Shown: positions 38,743 through 50,400 of the stretch, piece after piece | Numbering within the stretch: the stretch's first letter is position 1 | How the letters are laid out: every line of letters starts with the position of its first letter | DNA from: Nymphaea colorata | Lineage: Eukaryota | Length of the DNA stretch: 64,000 nucleotides | Reading direction: 5' to 3' | NCBI RefSeq assembly: GCF_008831285.2 | Contig: NC_045138.2 | Span: 27,094,001 to 27,158,000, forward strand | The notes under the pieces: generated by a model | The model's input: the letters and a program-made list of their open reading frames with translations, nothing else | The model's database searches: none | Told to the model about the DNA's origin: nothing | Made by a program: the position numbers and the translations under genes

Positions 38743-40849
38743 CTAGGAGCGGCAGCAACACTTCGAGCAACATATTCCTATGTCTCTGGACTCTGATATC
38801 ATGAATTCGACATCAGGGATAACCTTCTTATCATCGCCCAGATCCGGACTCTGTGGCACGAAATCCTCCATGTTCAACTCCATCTCCGATTGTCTGTCGC
38901 CCTCACAAGGAAGCACCGATTGATTATTCAGGATCTCTTCCCAAACGTCGTCATCATCACCATCAAAAGCCTCCACACCACTACCCATGTTGGGAGAACT
39001 CAGCAGTTGATTGTCACGGTCACGGCCTTGGTTAGAGCTGCTGGGTCCATCGCCAAGTGCAGACAAGAGAGTAGTGATCTCGAGCGAGTCGAATGCTTCT
39101 TCTCCATCCTGGTGGTCACAAAGCTGCATCCGCTCGTCCTCGCTCATGTGGTTGAGGGGTAGGCTCCTTTTCCTCTTATCGCCACTTTGTATCTCTTTCC
39201 TCTGCTCTTGGTGCAGAACCAGGTTGCTCATGAAGGCAGGGTTCCTGAGGGCTCTAGCCACGAACTCCATCATGTATTGCTGTTTCCTTTCCGTTCCCTG
39301 TATCCGGTCTTGCATTGCTACCATCTGGGCCCTTGAATTCAGCTGCTGCTGCCTCAGCCTCGTCACTTCCCCCATCAACACGTTGCGGTCGTTCCTCAAC
39401 CTTTCAATCTCCCCATCGGCCCCGAACTGCGCCAACTCCAAGCAAGCGCCTGTCTCTTGTTGGTGTGGGCTCTGTGAGGCCGGCTTCCTCCTCTTGATGT
39501 TCGTCAGCAGTTGCTTCTGCCCTCTCTGGAACCATTCATTGGCGAACTCCCAACGACCCGGATGAACCTTTCTGAATCCCTGCCACTCAATTATTTTTCA
39601 CGACAGTGGTATAAGACGGGGGCCTTCTCTCACTACAGTTTTTACCTATTTTTGTGTCCCCGTCACCAAAATTTTCCGACGCTGCGACTGTTTTGAGTTA
39701 CAACCAAGCCACAAAGAAGCTCATGTTATCCTCCGGCGACCGCCCCACCATTTAAATTGGGTTCTCCTTCTAGCCCCAAAAGGAAAACTCATCCCAAACA
39801 TTGCAAACACGCATATTGCCACATTTTCTTCCGGTAAATAATAATTGTTTCCATTTTACGCGCTTGGTCTAAATGAAAACTGAATTTTACGGAATTGGGC
39901 CCCAAATCTGGATATGGACCCCGTTCTGAGACACTGATACTCGGGTTTGAACCCTCAGAACTTCCCCACTCTTCTCGTGGCCAGGGGCTTTAAAAATTAA
40001 ATTTTTTTAGTTTAGTCCAACCGATCGCGCGGATCGCTTCTCACTCCGCTCGTGCCTCCGTGGGTCCTTTTACCGAACTTATCCACTTGATGGCCTTAGT
40101 GGGCCCGGTACCGGTACGATTCAAAAAGTTTTTAAGTTTTATGCCACGAGGCAATTCATCGTCAAGCTAAATTCTCAGCTCACGTCTCGCGGCCAAGTGT
40201 ATCCATTTTCAAGGGGTTGGTGCAACTTTAGAATCAAGATATAAAATAAAATTAAAAATAAAATTTATAAGTAATCAGTTTCTACTTCAAATGTGAGTCT
40301 CTTAATAGTGTAAAAGGAGATTATGAGTTAAAATGTATTAGAATATTAATATGTGCAAGTTGACGAAATAAGAGGTTAATGGTGGGTCTTCTGCACTCGC
40401 CTACAAGGGTGGTGTCGTGGGGTATGCCTATGAAGTTTTCTGTAAGGGAATCTAAAAAGAGATGCTTATATTTAATTTTCCAAAACGGAAACTTGCTTTT
40501 GAAATTTCGACGAGTAGTTGGGCGTCGAGAGAAGAGGAGGAGGAGAGTGGGAGAGAGAGGAGGATTCACTCACATAGGTGTTGAGCTGACGGACGAAGCT
40601 GGAGAAGTTGTTGTGCTTGAAGAAGCAGGGGAGTAGCTCCGCCGCGAAGCGATGCGAGTCCCAAACGATGAAGCTGCTTCGGCAGCTACCCCACGACACC
40701 AGCGCGTCCGTCGCCGGATTCTCCACCATCTCGTACGTCTTCCTCAGGAACGGCGCCGCCCCAGCCTCCAGCAGTCCCTCCATTGGCCGCGGCACAGGCG
40801 GCGACCCGCGATGCTCCTCTTCCTCTTCCTTCCCTGGCACACCGTGCAT
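38743..40849 (-). CDS. HSFA2: Heat stress transcription factor, class A2-like (copy 1); exons 40849-40574 and 39579-38743
   Basis: DBD ([19 protein letters not shown]...[28 protein letters not shown]) split by the conserved HSF intron. Class A HR-A/B region, NLS KRKR and AHA motif DDVWEEIL. The A2 subclass call rests on motif resemblance. Confidence 0.9.
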
Positions 40850-40957
40850 CTCTGCGAGCACAAAACGCATTAGAAATCACCAGAATTCAAACCCCTCGAC
40901 GCCGAAAACTAGGTGGGTTTCCTCGCTCTTTTCCTCGACGAGTTTTCGAATTCTAGT

Positions 40958-41420
40958 GCTGCTCTGTTTCTACATAACAAGGGCGGGAACAGTCGATTGG
41001 CATTCTCATTGCCCTCGATCTGCGAAAGAACCGGACGGTCCTGATGAAACTGCTCTGTTTTTAGATAACAAGGGCGGGAACAGTCGACTGGCGTTCTCAT
41101 TGCCCCCGATCTGCGATGGAACGGGACGGTCCTGATGGAAACTATACGATTCTTTGGAAAATGTCTCCGCATTTGGTTGATTGGCCGTCGCGGGAAGAAG
41201 AAAAAACTCTACCAAGGCCAAGTGCTTTTTCCTGGTTGAAGAAATTGAAGAAAATGGATGACAGTCGATTGGCATTCTTATTGCCCTTGATCTGCGAAAG
41301 AACCGGACGGTCCTGATGGGAAAGCACGTAGCAAATTGAAACCAAATATACAATTCTTTGGAAAATGTTTCCGCATTTGGTTGACAAACAATGGAAGAAA
41401 TTGAAGGAAATGGATGACAA
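40958..41420. repeat. Composite direct repeats (about 90-bp unit x2 plus a partial third copy; two shorter blocks duplicated) inside the putative HSF copy 1 leader intron
   Basis: The core ACAGTCGA(T/C)TGGC(A/G)TTCT...GATCTGCGA...GGACGGTCCTGATG occurs at about 40989, 41080 and 41261. ATAC(G/A)ATTCTTTGGAAAATGT(C/T)TCCGCATTTGGTTGA occurs at about 41145 and 41348. Confidence 0.85.
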
Positions 41421-41682
41421 ACAATGGTCTAACATATAATAAGAGTTCTGTGGTCCTTCTCTGGATAATGGAACAGTAAGCCTTGGCCCTCTAGGATGAT
41501 GGACTCATCACGAGGAAGAACAAAAAATGGAAGTGGACGAGAGTACTTAAAAAGAGTACCGGAATGTTCCGAAAAGTTTGGCAGTTATCCTGAATTATTA
41601 TAGATTTTGCTTCTAGAAGGAAAAGGAGAGGGCGATGGAGATTCTTACTCCTCGCGGGACTTGGAGAGCGGGGGATCTCCTC

Positions 41683-41750
41683 TTTATACTCGCAAGCGCC
41701 GGAAGCTTCGGGAATGAATTACTTCGTGTAGCCGGAAGCTTCGGGAGAGG
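41683..41750 (-). promoter_or_regulatory. TATA box and heat-shock elements of HSF copy 1; probable 5'UTR intron 41648-40852
   Basis: TATAAA on the - strand at 41688-41683, perfect HSE gGAAgcTTCggGAAt at 41701-41715, second HSE at 41733-41746. Donor GA|GTAAGA at 41648 and acceptor CTCGCAG|AG-ATG just before the start codon. Confidence 0.7.
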
Positions 41751-43869
41751 AACAGGACGTTCGTCGCCTCTTTCTGACGGAAGCATCTCTTTTAGTTACT
41801 GATCAAATCTGGCACGGCTGTTCTCCATTACGGCTCTTCCGTCCCTTCCCGGTGCCTGAGCTGCGGCGCGGATTTCGGATCAGGCTCAGACAATCCGTGT
41901 CCGACTTGATTAGTTGAACTCGAAGTCCAACCCCAGTCTGAGTCGCTTAAGATCCCACATTGAAATACAAAATGAAGCAAGCTGCGTGAACAATCCCCAA
42001 ACTCAAACCAGGACAGTTTGACATTACCGTGTGACCGGCAGGCGTGTATTATCGAATGAAAGAAACTGATTTCAGCTGATGGTGATGTTTGATAGCAGTT
42101 CATCCATCCCATGCTAAGAACTCACTTAGGCGTACGGTAGAACCAATCTCCATCTGCTCAACGTCTTCGATATAGAGTCATTCTCAAATCAACCAAAAAG
42201 GCTGCAGAGTGAGTTCACCATGGCCATGTAACTTTTCAAGTACAAGAAATCATCTCGAACACAGTCTTCCGCCAACAAATTGAGATATATCGGTGATAGG
42301 TGTTTCTATTTATCTGATCTCCTGGTTTATAATTCATTGCACTCCGAGTTTCTTTTGTATTCTTGGCAACCACAGGGTGGATCAGAGGGAACAATCAAAT
42401 TACACCGATTTTCTGCACCTGAACTTTTTGTATTTTTATCCAAAGATGGAAGTGCCAAAAGTGTGGGACTAGGAGGTCCGACCTGCTGCCACTGATGCGC
42501 ATTGGTCACTGCTACCAGCTCCGAAGAGACTTACAGGCGACCTGATCAACCGACAAGTTGGTGGCGGTCGACGGGCGGCCGGAGGATGAAGGCCAGTCTA
42601 TTAGAGTCTGGGAGGACCAAGAAAGAGTAGATGTCCCCACCGGAAGAGACTGATAGACCATTCACCTCCCCATTCTCAACATTTGTCTACAACCGGATTT
42701 AATTCAATCCCGTGCTTCAGAGCTCTCTCTCTGTCTCTCTGTCATTCGATGCCATATGTGGGAGGCCATCTGGCTGCTGCCAAATACTAAAAAGCCGACG
42801 ACAGCGATGACCAGAGCTGCCGAAGATGAAGAACCCAGTGACGGTGATCTGTAAACAGTTCAATTTGCAAAGCGCAAAAGCCCACTTGATCTAGGCATTA
42901 GTTGAAGGCGGCGATGCAGCAGAGCGCCGCCACAATGTTATCCCCAGCGCTGTTACCTCTGTGTGTCGACGCAACCACGAAAGCACAAAGGGGGGAGTGT
43001 CCTTTGAATGAACCTCCTCACTCTGTGGACACCCATAGCTTGCAAACAACCCATCAAAGCAATTGTACGAGCGCAAGCAAACAGTCGTCAGTTAGAAGCT
43101 TTATGGTGTCGAGCGTTGCAGCAGGAGAACAAAAGCGTAAACAGGGACTGAGAACACAGAATTGAAAACAAAGAATTGTGAAATGTGAACAAGGGAGCTT
43201 CCTGAGGTTGAATTGGCATGCTTCGTATTCTACCTCTCGCGTACAGAGTTGACATGTACAACCAGACGGCAGAGAGCAGAGAGGCTGGAATACGAGAGCA
43301 CAATGCGTTAAGGAGGTTAATTTGTAACAACATGGCAAACAGTAATTAATGTACTAATGTACAGCTATCGAAGGAGGCTAGATTGAAGTTGCCTAACTAA
43401 GGGTACTTTAGACTTTTCGTTCATGCGGATCGGACCCAGCAGACTCCGGGTTTCGAAAAGGTTATCAACAAACCTGAGTCCCCACCAAATTACGGTTACC
43501 GGGAGCAGCGCGAACCGGCGGTGCTGCTGCGTTTTACCGACTTTCGGTTCACCACGTGCTCCAGTGTCATCCATGGGTCCCTTCTCATGTGTAACAACAA
43601 ACGCGATGTCGATCTCGATCGTCAATCACGAAGAGAACAGAAGATGAAGAAGCCAGATATCGCAGGGAGTGCTCAGGGAAGGACGTCGCTTCTGGCCGAG
43701 GCTTCGGGCGTCGACGGTCTGCTCATCCAGATAATTCAGGAAAACCGGCGGAAAGTGATGATCCGGTAAAAGGGAAGGAAACTGTTCCTTCCATCTTGCA
43801 AAACTTGGACTGAAAGCTCTAGGACTTTCGCGGTACGGCGGAAGGTGCGCACTTCGAGACAGAGGCAAC

Positions 43870-44060
43870 TTACCTGAGGAGTTTTGGCTCGTTCTGTGGT
43901 TGGAAGTTTCTGGTCCTCTCCGCTCTCGATCCTCTTAGCTTTCTTGTTTTCTATGGAAGATTCAAAAGCGAGGGTGAAGCGCCGGAAATACCGTCCACGG
44001 TTTGCAGGGAAGCTTCTAGGGGTTGTTTGGGTCCAGATCGCCGGAAGCTTCTGGGGACGA
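43870..44060 (-). promoter_or_regulatory. Third HSE-containing promoter module, paralogous to the HSF promoters but with no HSF CDS downstream
   Basis: CGCCGGAAGCTTC at 44039-44051 (same motif as at about 41697 and 47431), GGGAAGCTTCTAG at 44007-44019, AAGCGCCGGAA at 43977. A consensus donor CAG|GTAAGT follows on the - strand at 43873. Confidence 0.55.
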
Positions 44061-44915
44061 ACGAGGTGGACTCATAGGGAGGGACTTTTTTCTTTTTTTC
44101 TGTTAAAAGGGCCTCTTGCACCATTGCCGCTTTCCCGCCTTGTCAAATCGCTGCCTGGACTTCTTTCTTTTTCTTAATAAATAAACAATACAAATTATGA
44201 AAAAACAAATTGCTGGTTTACACACGTCTCTTTAAATTTGTTTTCTGCTCCAAGAAAAATCAAACATGCTGACACCATTTATTAGGGTGGACGACGAAAG
44301 CAAAGCAGTACTATTGACTTACTCTATCGCTTCAGCACGTTTCTGTGCTTGAAACTTGAAAGCTCATAAATTGACCCTTTATTTGTGGTCAAAGATTTGT
44401 CCTTTGTTAAAATCATGCACACAAATCAAAAAATCCAGCAGCACGCTAACATGCTGAGCAGTTGGTAGCTGCGTCACCATCTCTTCAGTTTCCTTGAGAT
44501 GCTTGGTTTCTTTTCACTCAAAATAAGCATCATTATTTGTGTGAATTACTGCGTTGGAAACAAAATAACTCACCAGAAAAGCATCGCTTTCAGTTGAGCA
44601 AGCCCTGCAAGGAGAAGCTCACGCAGTAGAAGGCCCCACTCGCAAACAGAGTAAAAGAACAAGTAAATAGGATTGAAGCCAAAGAAAACGAAAAGGGAAA
44701 CAAGTCACAAGGCAAGCCTAAAGGAAGATTCTGGCAAGCTGTTGCTAGAACTCTTCCGGCATGACAACGAGAAAGAGGCTATCCCCACCATACTTTCACC
44801 TCTTGATTCTACATGCAAAGCTACTTACACATATCATACAAACAGAGTAACTGACCAACGATTGCAGCCATGCCCCGGCGGCATGCAGCATCACTGAAGC
44901 ACCCAAAAGACTCCA

Positions 44916-47138
44916 CTAAAATTTGGATTCCATGAATCCCATTTGATCAGCCTGAACCTTCAGCTCATTACACCAATTGGAACTTAACGCCACGAGATCT
45001 TCTGCGTTCAGACGGGTTTCCAATGGTCTCTCCCCTCCGCACAAAACTACTAATTCATCATTCAAGATCTCTTCCCAAACATCATTATCATCTTCCAAGG
45101 CTCCCAAACCAGGCCTCGTGTTTTCAGAAGACGGCAGTTGGTTCTCGCACCCCTGGCCGCAACTGCTTGTTTCGTTGTGAAGCTCGTTTTCCCTGCGCTG
45201 GCAACAACTGCTTGGGTATGACTCGTTCTGGAGTTCAGAGAAAAAGGTCGCGATCCCCCACGACAGGTCGCTTTCTTCATCAGGCTCACCGCTGCAGTTA
45301 ACAATCTGGTCGCCGACCTTTACTCCAATCAAAGAGCTGGGCGTGACTTTTTTTCTCTTGCTGATCCCTGCGATCTCTCTCCCCTGCTCTAGGTGCTCAA
45401 GCAGGTTGCAGATGAAGGCAGGGTTTCTCATGGCTCGCGCCAAGAACGCCATCACTTGTTGTTGTTTAAGCTCCGTACCCTGTATCCTATCCTCCATCGC
45501 CAACATACGGGTCCTTGATTTCTGCTGCTCCTGTCTCAGCCTTATCACTTCCAACGTCAACGCATTGCGGTCCATCCTCAGCCTCTCAATCTCACCGTCG
45601 GACCCAAACCTTCCCGCCTCCAAGCAGCTCCCTCTTCCATGTTGGTGCGGGTTCTGCGAAGCTGGCCTTCTCCTCGTGATAGTCTTCAGCAGATGCCTCT
45701 GCCCTCCAAGGAAGCCTTTATTCGCGAACTCCCAACGATCGGGATCTATTTTTCTGAATCCCTGCCACCAATGGACATTCCTCAGTCTTTTAGTCTTCAA
45801 AAACTAGGACATACATCCCAATCGTCAGAACCTCAGGACTTTGGACTCCACGGTAAAGACAGCCATGAATAGCACTTCACAGGGACTAGACAAAAGCTTT
45901 AGGTCCAATTTTGGAACTGCTGCTACAGACTTCAGCATTATCTGCATAGAGAAAGGGCGGAGATAGAGGAGTTGCCTCGTGTCATGTAGCACAACAATTT
46001 GTCGTAAAATGAGTTCCACCACGTCCAAGTTGAAGTGAGTTGACAAAAAACCCAAACCAAACTTGTTACTGAAAGTCTGAAATACATCCTTTAGTGAAAA
46101 AACGCTCAACTTTATGAAAATAAAGGGACGGCATCAAGTTTCAAAGATGTCCATTTGAAACTTCCAGATGCGCGAGTATATGTTCTTCTTATTCCTTTAA
46201 AGTTCATGCACTCACAGAACAATAATACTAAGAGCACTACTAAAAGAAAAATTAAGAAGGTATGGGTGCTTTTAGGGTTCGAGTCTGCGTGCTACTCAAA
46301 GCCCACTGGCTCACAAAGTTGCAACTTCCATGAAAGGATCGTTAAAGCCACCACGCTCAGCAACTTGCCCTTAGTAAGCCAATCACGAGACCTTAAATAC
46401 ACATGCATACCTGATATGCACAGGACTAGTGGCGTGCGATGCGGCGTTTCAACAATGAGAAATAAAAGTTTAATCTCTATAATTGGTGCCAATCTAAGTA
46501 ACCCATAAATCATAATTAGCAAACTTGTGATTAATCATTGTCATTTACTGAGTCACAAAGTCAGAGGTCACCGAGTGAGTTAGGCTTGTCAACTATTTTG
46601 TCGCCATCTGATGCATTATAAAAATTTGTGACATAACCCAGCCGCTTAGTCAAATTTTCCGGTGACCGGGTCTTTAGCCTATTCCAGTTGGAATCACCGA
46701 TTCAAGTTCTGAGTCAACCATGGATTAACCCCTGACCATGGGGTCATCCGAGACGTTATTCGAAAATGGTGAGCAGATGTTCGGGGGCTTCCGCCTTTGA
46801 TCAATTTTATGGGAGAAAGAGTGAAAGAGAAGAAAAGCGAGCGTACTCACGTATGTGTTGAGCTGGCGGACGAAGCTGAAGAAGTTGCTGTGCTTGAAGA
46901 AGCGGGGGAGGAGCTCCGCCGCGAAGCGGTGCGAGTCCCAAATCACGAAGCTGTTCCGGCCGGTCCCCCACGACACCAGCACGTCCGTCGCCGGATCCTC
47001 CACCATGTCGTACGTCTTCCGCAGGAACGGCGCCGGCTCAGCCAACTGCAGCCCCTTCATCGGCCGCGGCATTGACGAAAACCCTTCCATTACCTCCTCC
47101 TCCTCCTCCTCATCTTCCTGTTTAGGAACAAGATCCAT
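44916..47138 (-). CDS. HSFA2: Heat stress transcription factor, class A2-like (copy 2, tandem paralog); exons 47138-46851 and 45761-44916
   Basis: DBD ([21 protein letters not shown]...[20 protein letters not shown]), HR-A/B, NLS KRKK, AHA motif [10 protein letters not shown]-like end [11 protein letters not shown]. Collinear with copy 1. Confidence 0.9.
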
Positions 47139-47298
47139 CTCTCCCTGCAAGAACCACACGGAACTCGCCGGAATTCTAGTACGCAGTCGATAATCTAGGG
47201 TTTCTGGACCCCGAGAATGTGAATTAGTTTTAGGTTCTTAGATGCCCTAATTTTTTCGCGGGAAAACATATCGAACGAAACTGTTCTAAGGAATACCA

Positions 47299-47447
47299 GG
47301 AATTTTCAGGAACCAGTATTTCTAGATAATAATGGAGGGAGAATTGGGTGTGGATAACCCGCACGGGTCGGGCCAAGGGAATCCTTGCTTTATACTTTGA
47401 TCGCGGTTTCTCGAAGTCTTGGCCGTCGGTCGCCGGAAGCTTCGGGA
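47299..47447 (-). promoter_or_regulatory. TATA box and heat-shock elements of HSF copy 2
   Basis: TATAAA on the - strand at 47394-47389, TTCtcGAA at 47408-47415, CGCCGGAAGCTTCGGGA at 47431-47447, and a perfect gGAAttTTCagGAAc at 47299-47313 downstream of the TATA box. Confidence 0.7.
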
Positions 47448-50400
47448 GGGCGACTGGACGACAATCCCACCTAACTTGTAAGAGGTAACCTGTGGGTCTC
47501 TTGTTTTCTTCCGTTCTTGGTCGGGTTCGTCCCTCATGTCTAATTAGTTGCTTCCGACCGGAAAAAAAAAAAGAAAGGAAGAAAGAAAGAAATTGGATCT
47601 TCCGTTTTCACCAAGTTTGTCGCATGTCCGATTCTGACTTGTGCTTCAGCTAAATCCGAACCAGATCAAGCAATATCCTTAGTCAATGGCATATTTGATC
47701 TCAATCTCTTCACTTGAGATCTCAAATTTTTGTGAAAGAAGAAAACCTTTAATTCTTTTCCTTTTTCAATTTAGTGGTATACAACATGGTTTAACTACAT
47801 GAAACTTTGCCTAATAAAAATAAAAATATAAGTGTTCTTATTAAGGAATACTGTATTTCTAATTCAGAAACGTCATGTTCATATTATAAAAAAAAAGTAT
47901 AGTGTTGTTATATCTAGCGATTGATTGCTGGATTTAGGCGTTGCGTTATAAGTTTAGGTAATTTAAGGTAGATTCATGAAATGACTCTGCATCCAAATCA
48001 GAAATCTGAACAATATATCAGGTTTGGGTTCGATATGACAAGTTTGAACCCTATTAACTGAATAAAACTTACCAAATAAAAGGTGCACTCCAGATCGATC
48101 GTTGCTTATGCAGCGAGCATGGCAGAGCACATTTTTCATGGTGAAGCGGAGCCAAATTAATCAAGTAGGGGCAGCGACCAGGCGCAATGAAAGTGTATAT
48201 TTTTCTTGCAAATTACATTTTGAAAAACTTTTAAATAAGTTTTAATTTTCCAAAATTCTAACCATCACGAATCTGAACTGCGTGGTATAAAAACCAGAAA
48301 CTCTGTTCTCCGATTAATCTGCAAGAACAAAAAAATGAATAACCAAAACCTGTAGGTTTTGAGATTCATGGAAGTTCTCAAAGGATATGTGAAAAGCAAT
48401 TTAAAAATTTTGCATTTTGATGATGAAAAGTTTTCGCAATTGCAGTGCACCCGATCTAGTTACGCTGACGGCACAACTTGAGCTAGCTAGGTCACCTTAA
48501 CTTGAAACCTGCAGTGGCCTAGAGGGAGTCACAACAAAGAAGGGTAAGCGTTTCGCAGCTTCTTCCACAATTCCCTGATTCACAGAGATTTCAGATGAAA
48601 GTGAAGAGCAACATTACCTGTGATTCTCGCTTCTGATGAGAAGATCCTTCCGCATCACCGGAAAAGTCTCCGATTTCCGGTGAAATGAGGTTGAAGCGAA
48701 GTCTCAGAAGATCGAAGTGCCGAGAGGGAAGGATCTTTCTTGTCATAATTTTTCGTCTCTTTCTTTTCATAATTTTCCTTTCCGCAGAGAAAATCTCATA
48801 CAGAACCGGCAGAGATGAAATGGGTGGGAATTGGCATTTATAAAGGCAAGGGGCCAAGCGTCTCGGCTGGGGATCTAAGCTCCGCCTCAAACCGTTTGGC
48901 TTTTTTTCATTCTCAAGGGAAAAAATAATTTATGCGAGTAGTTCTGTCACTTTCTGCTTTTGCCAAATTTATTTTATTATATTTTTGAAGAAATTACGAA
49001 AGGCACCCAACCTTTCATTTATTTACCGACTCGGCCCATCTTTTGAAAAGCCCCACTTGTGAAAATAATCCTGTAAAAACCCCCCTGCAAAGACAAAACG
49101 GGAAAATGAGTCGTCTGGCGTGTGTTCTACCCCCAATATGGTCTCTCAAGTTTCTTTTTTTTGGTTTCTGACTTGAATAAAAAATTTTCACAAATGCCGC
49201 ATGGAAATTTTTTTTTATAAATTTTACATGGCAATTTTAATTTTTTCATAACTAAGGGGCGCAAGAGAACTCTCTTTTACACCCCTGCTTTTCTACCTGA
49301 GGTTATGCATATTTAAACTTGCACAAAGAACTTGATGCCCATAAGAATCGAACCCAAAATTTATCTCTCCAGAGCATTGGCTCAACTAGCTATACCAATT
49401 CCTTTGGGATAGGTTAAAGTAGTTTTCTTTTCTTTTCTTCTTTTTTGCTTCTCTTAGAAGTAACAAGGAAACCAACGAGAACAAAACTGGTTGCTTTGGA
49501 ATGTCAGTATGAAATTGCATTTCTTGTTGCTCAAATTTTTAGGGTTTTGTCATTGGTGGAACATTGTGATTGCTTTTGTGTTTTAAATGAGTTTTGACAG
49601 TGTTTTAAAGAAGCTTGAATTGCGATTTCTTTTGCAGGTGTAGAGGAAGAGTCGCAGAGTGTGTGTGTGTGTTGTGTGTGTGTGGAGCACACATTCATAA
49701 ATGTTGTCAAGAACGAAATGGCTATACGACATGTTGTTCCTTGCAACTTAGGTTTAGAACACAGAAAATCCAAAATTGTAGCTTCAAGATAAAATATAGC
49801 AAATGGAAAACGGATTTAAGGATCACCAATTCTTCATTTTGTGGATAGAGAAAGGGAAGCCTCATGTTGAACAATGTCCGAAAGTTCCTTTTTTTTTTTA
49901 ATACTGTACTTATAATTTTCGAAGAGAAAGGTTGGAGGTTGGCGCTTATATGAAAATTGAAAAATGCGAAGCCTATATTAAAATTATATAAAACCGCAGC
50001 CCGCCAAATGAACATTTATTTTTGACGTTTTCCCCTAGCAAGCGGCAAGTTAGGAGAGGTTCTGAGCGCATACCTGAGATTTTGTTGCCATTCGCGGCCG
50101 ACTCTCTGGAAGCGAGGCCGATCGTTCTTCTCCTTTCTTCTAGACCAGCTTTAATTTTTTTTCTTTCCTGCGGTCTTAAGATCGAAGATTTCAGAGGAAT
50201 GAGGAGAGGCCTGGCATCTCCTGGTTGTGACTTCTAGAGATGATCGGAGCCTTCTAGTTCTGGCTTCTGGATCCCGTTCACAGTTGTCATCGCTCCTTGT
50301 TCTGGACGCATCGAGGAGAATGGAGATCTAGAAGCATCGCCGCCGTGGATTGCCTGAACATTTGGCTAGAAACTTCCAGGACAAGGGATTTCTCCGCTTT

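Noticed and set aside
40958..41320. Regularly spaced repeats considered as a CRISPR-like array
   Set aside because: Eukaryotic context, long degenerate units with no unique spacers, and no cas genes; these are ordinary tandem duplications.
39011..47193. + strand ORFs overlapping the HSF exons (e.g. 39011-39565, 40608-41135, 45343-45807)
   Set aside because: Antisense shadows of the HSF coding exons.
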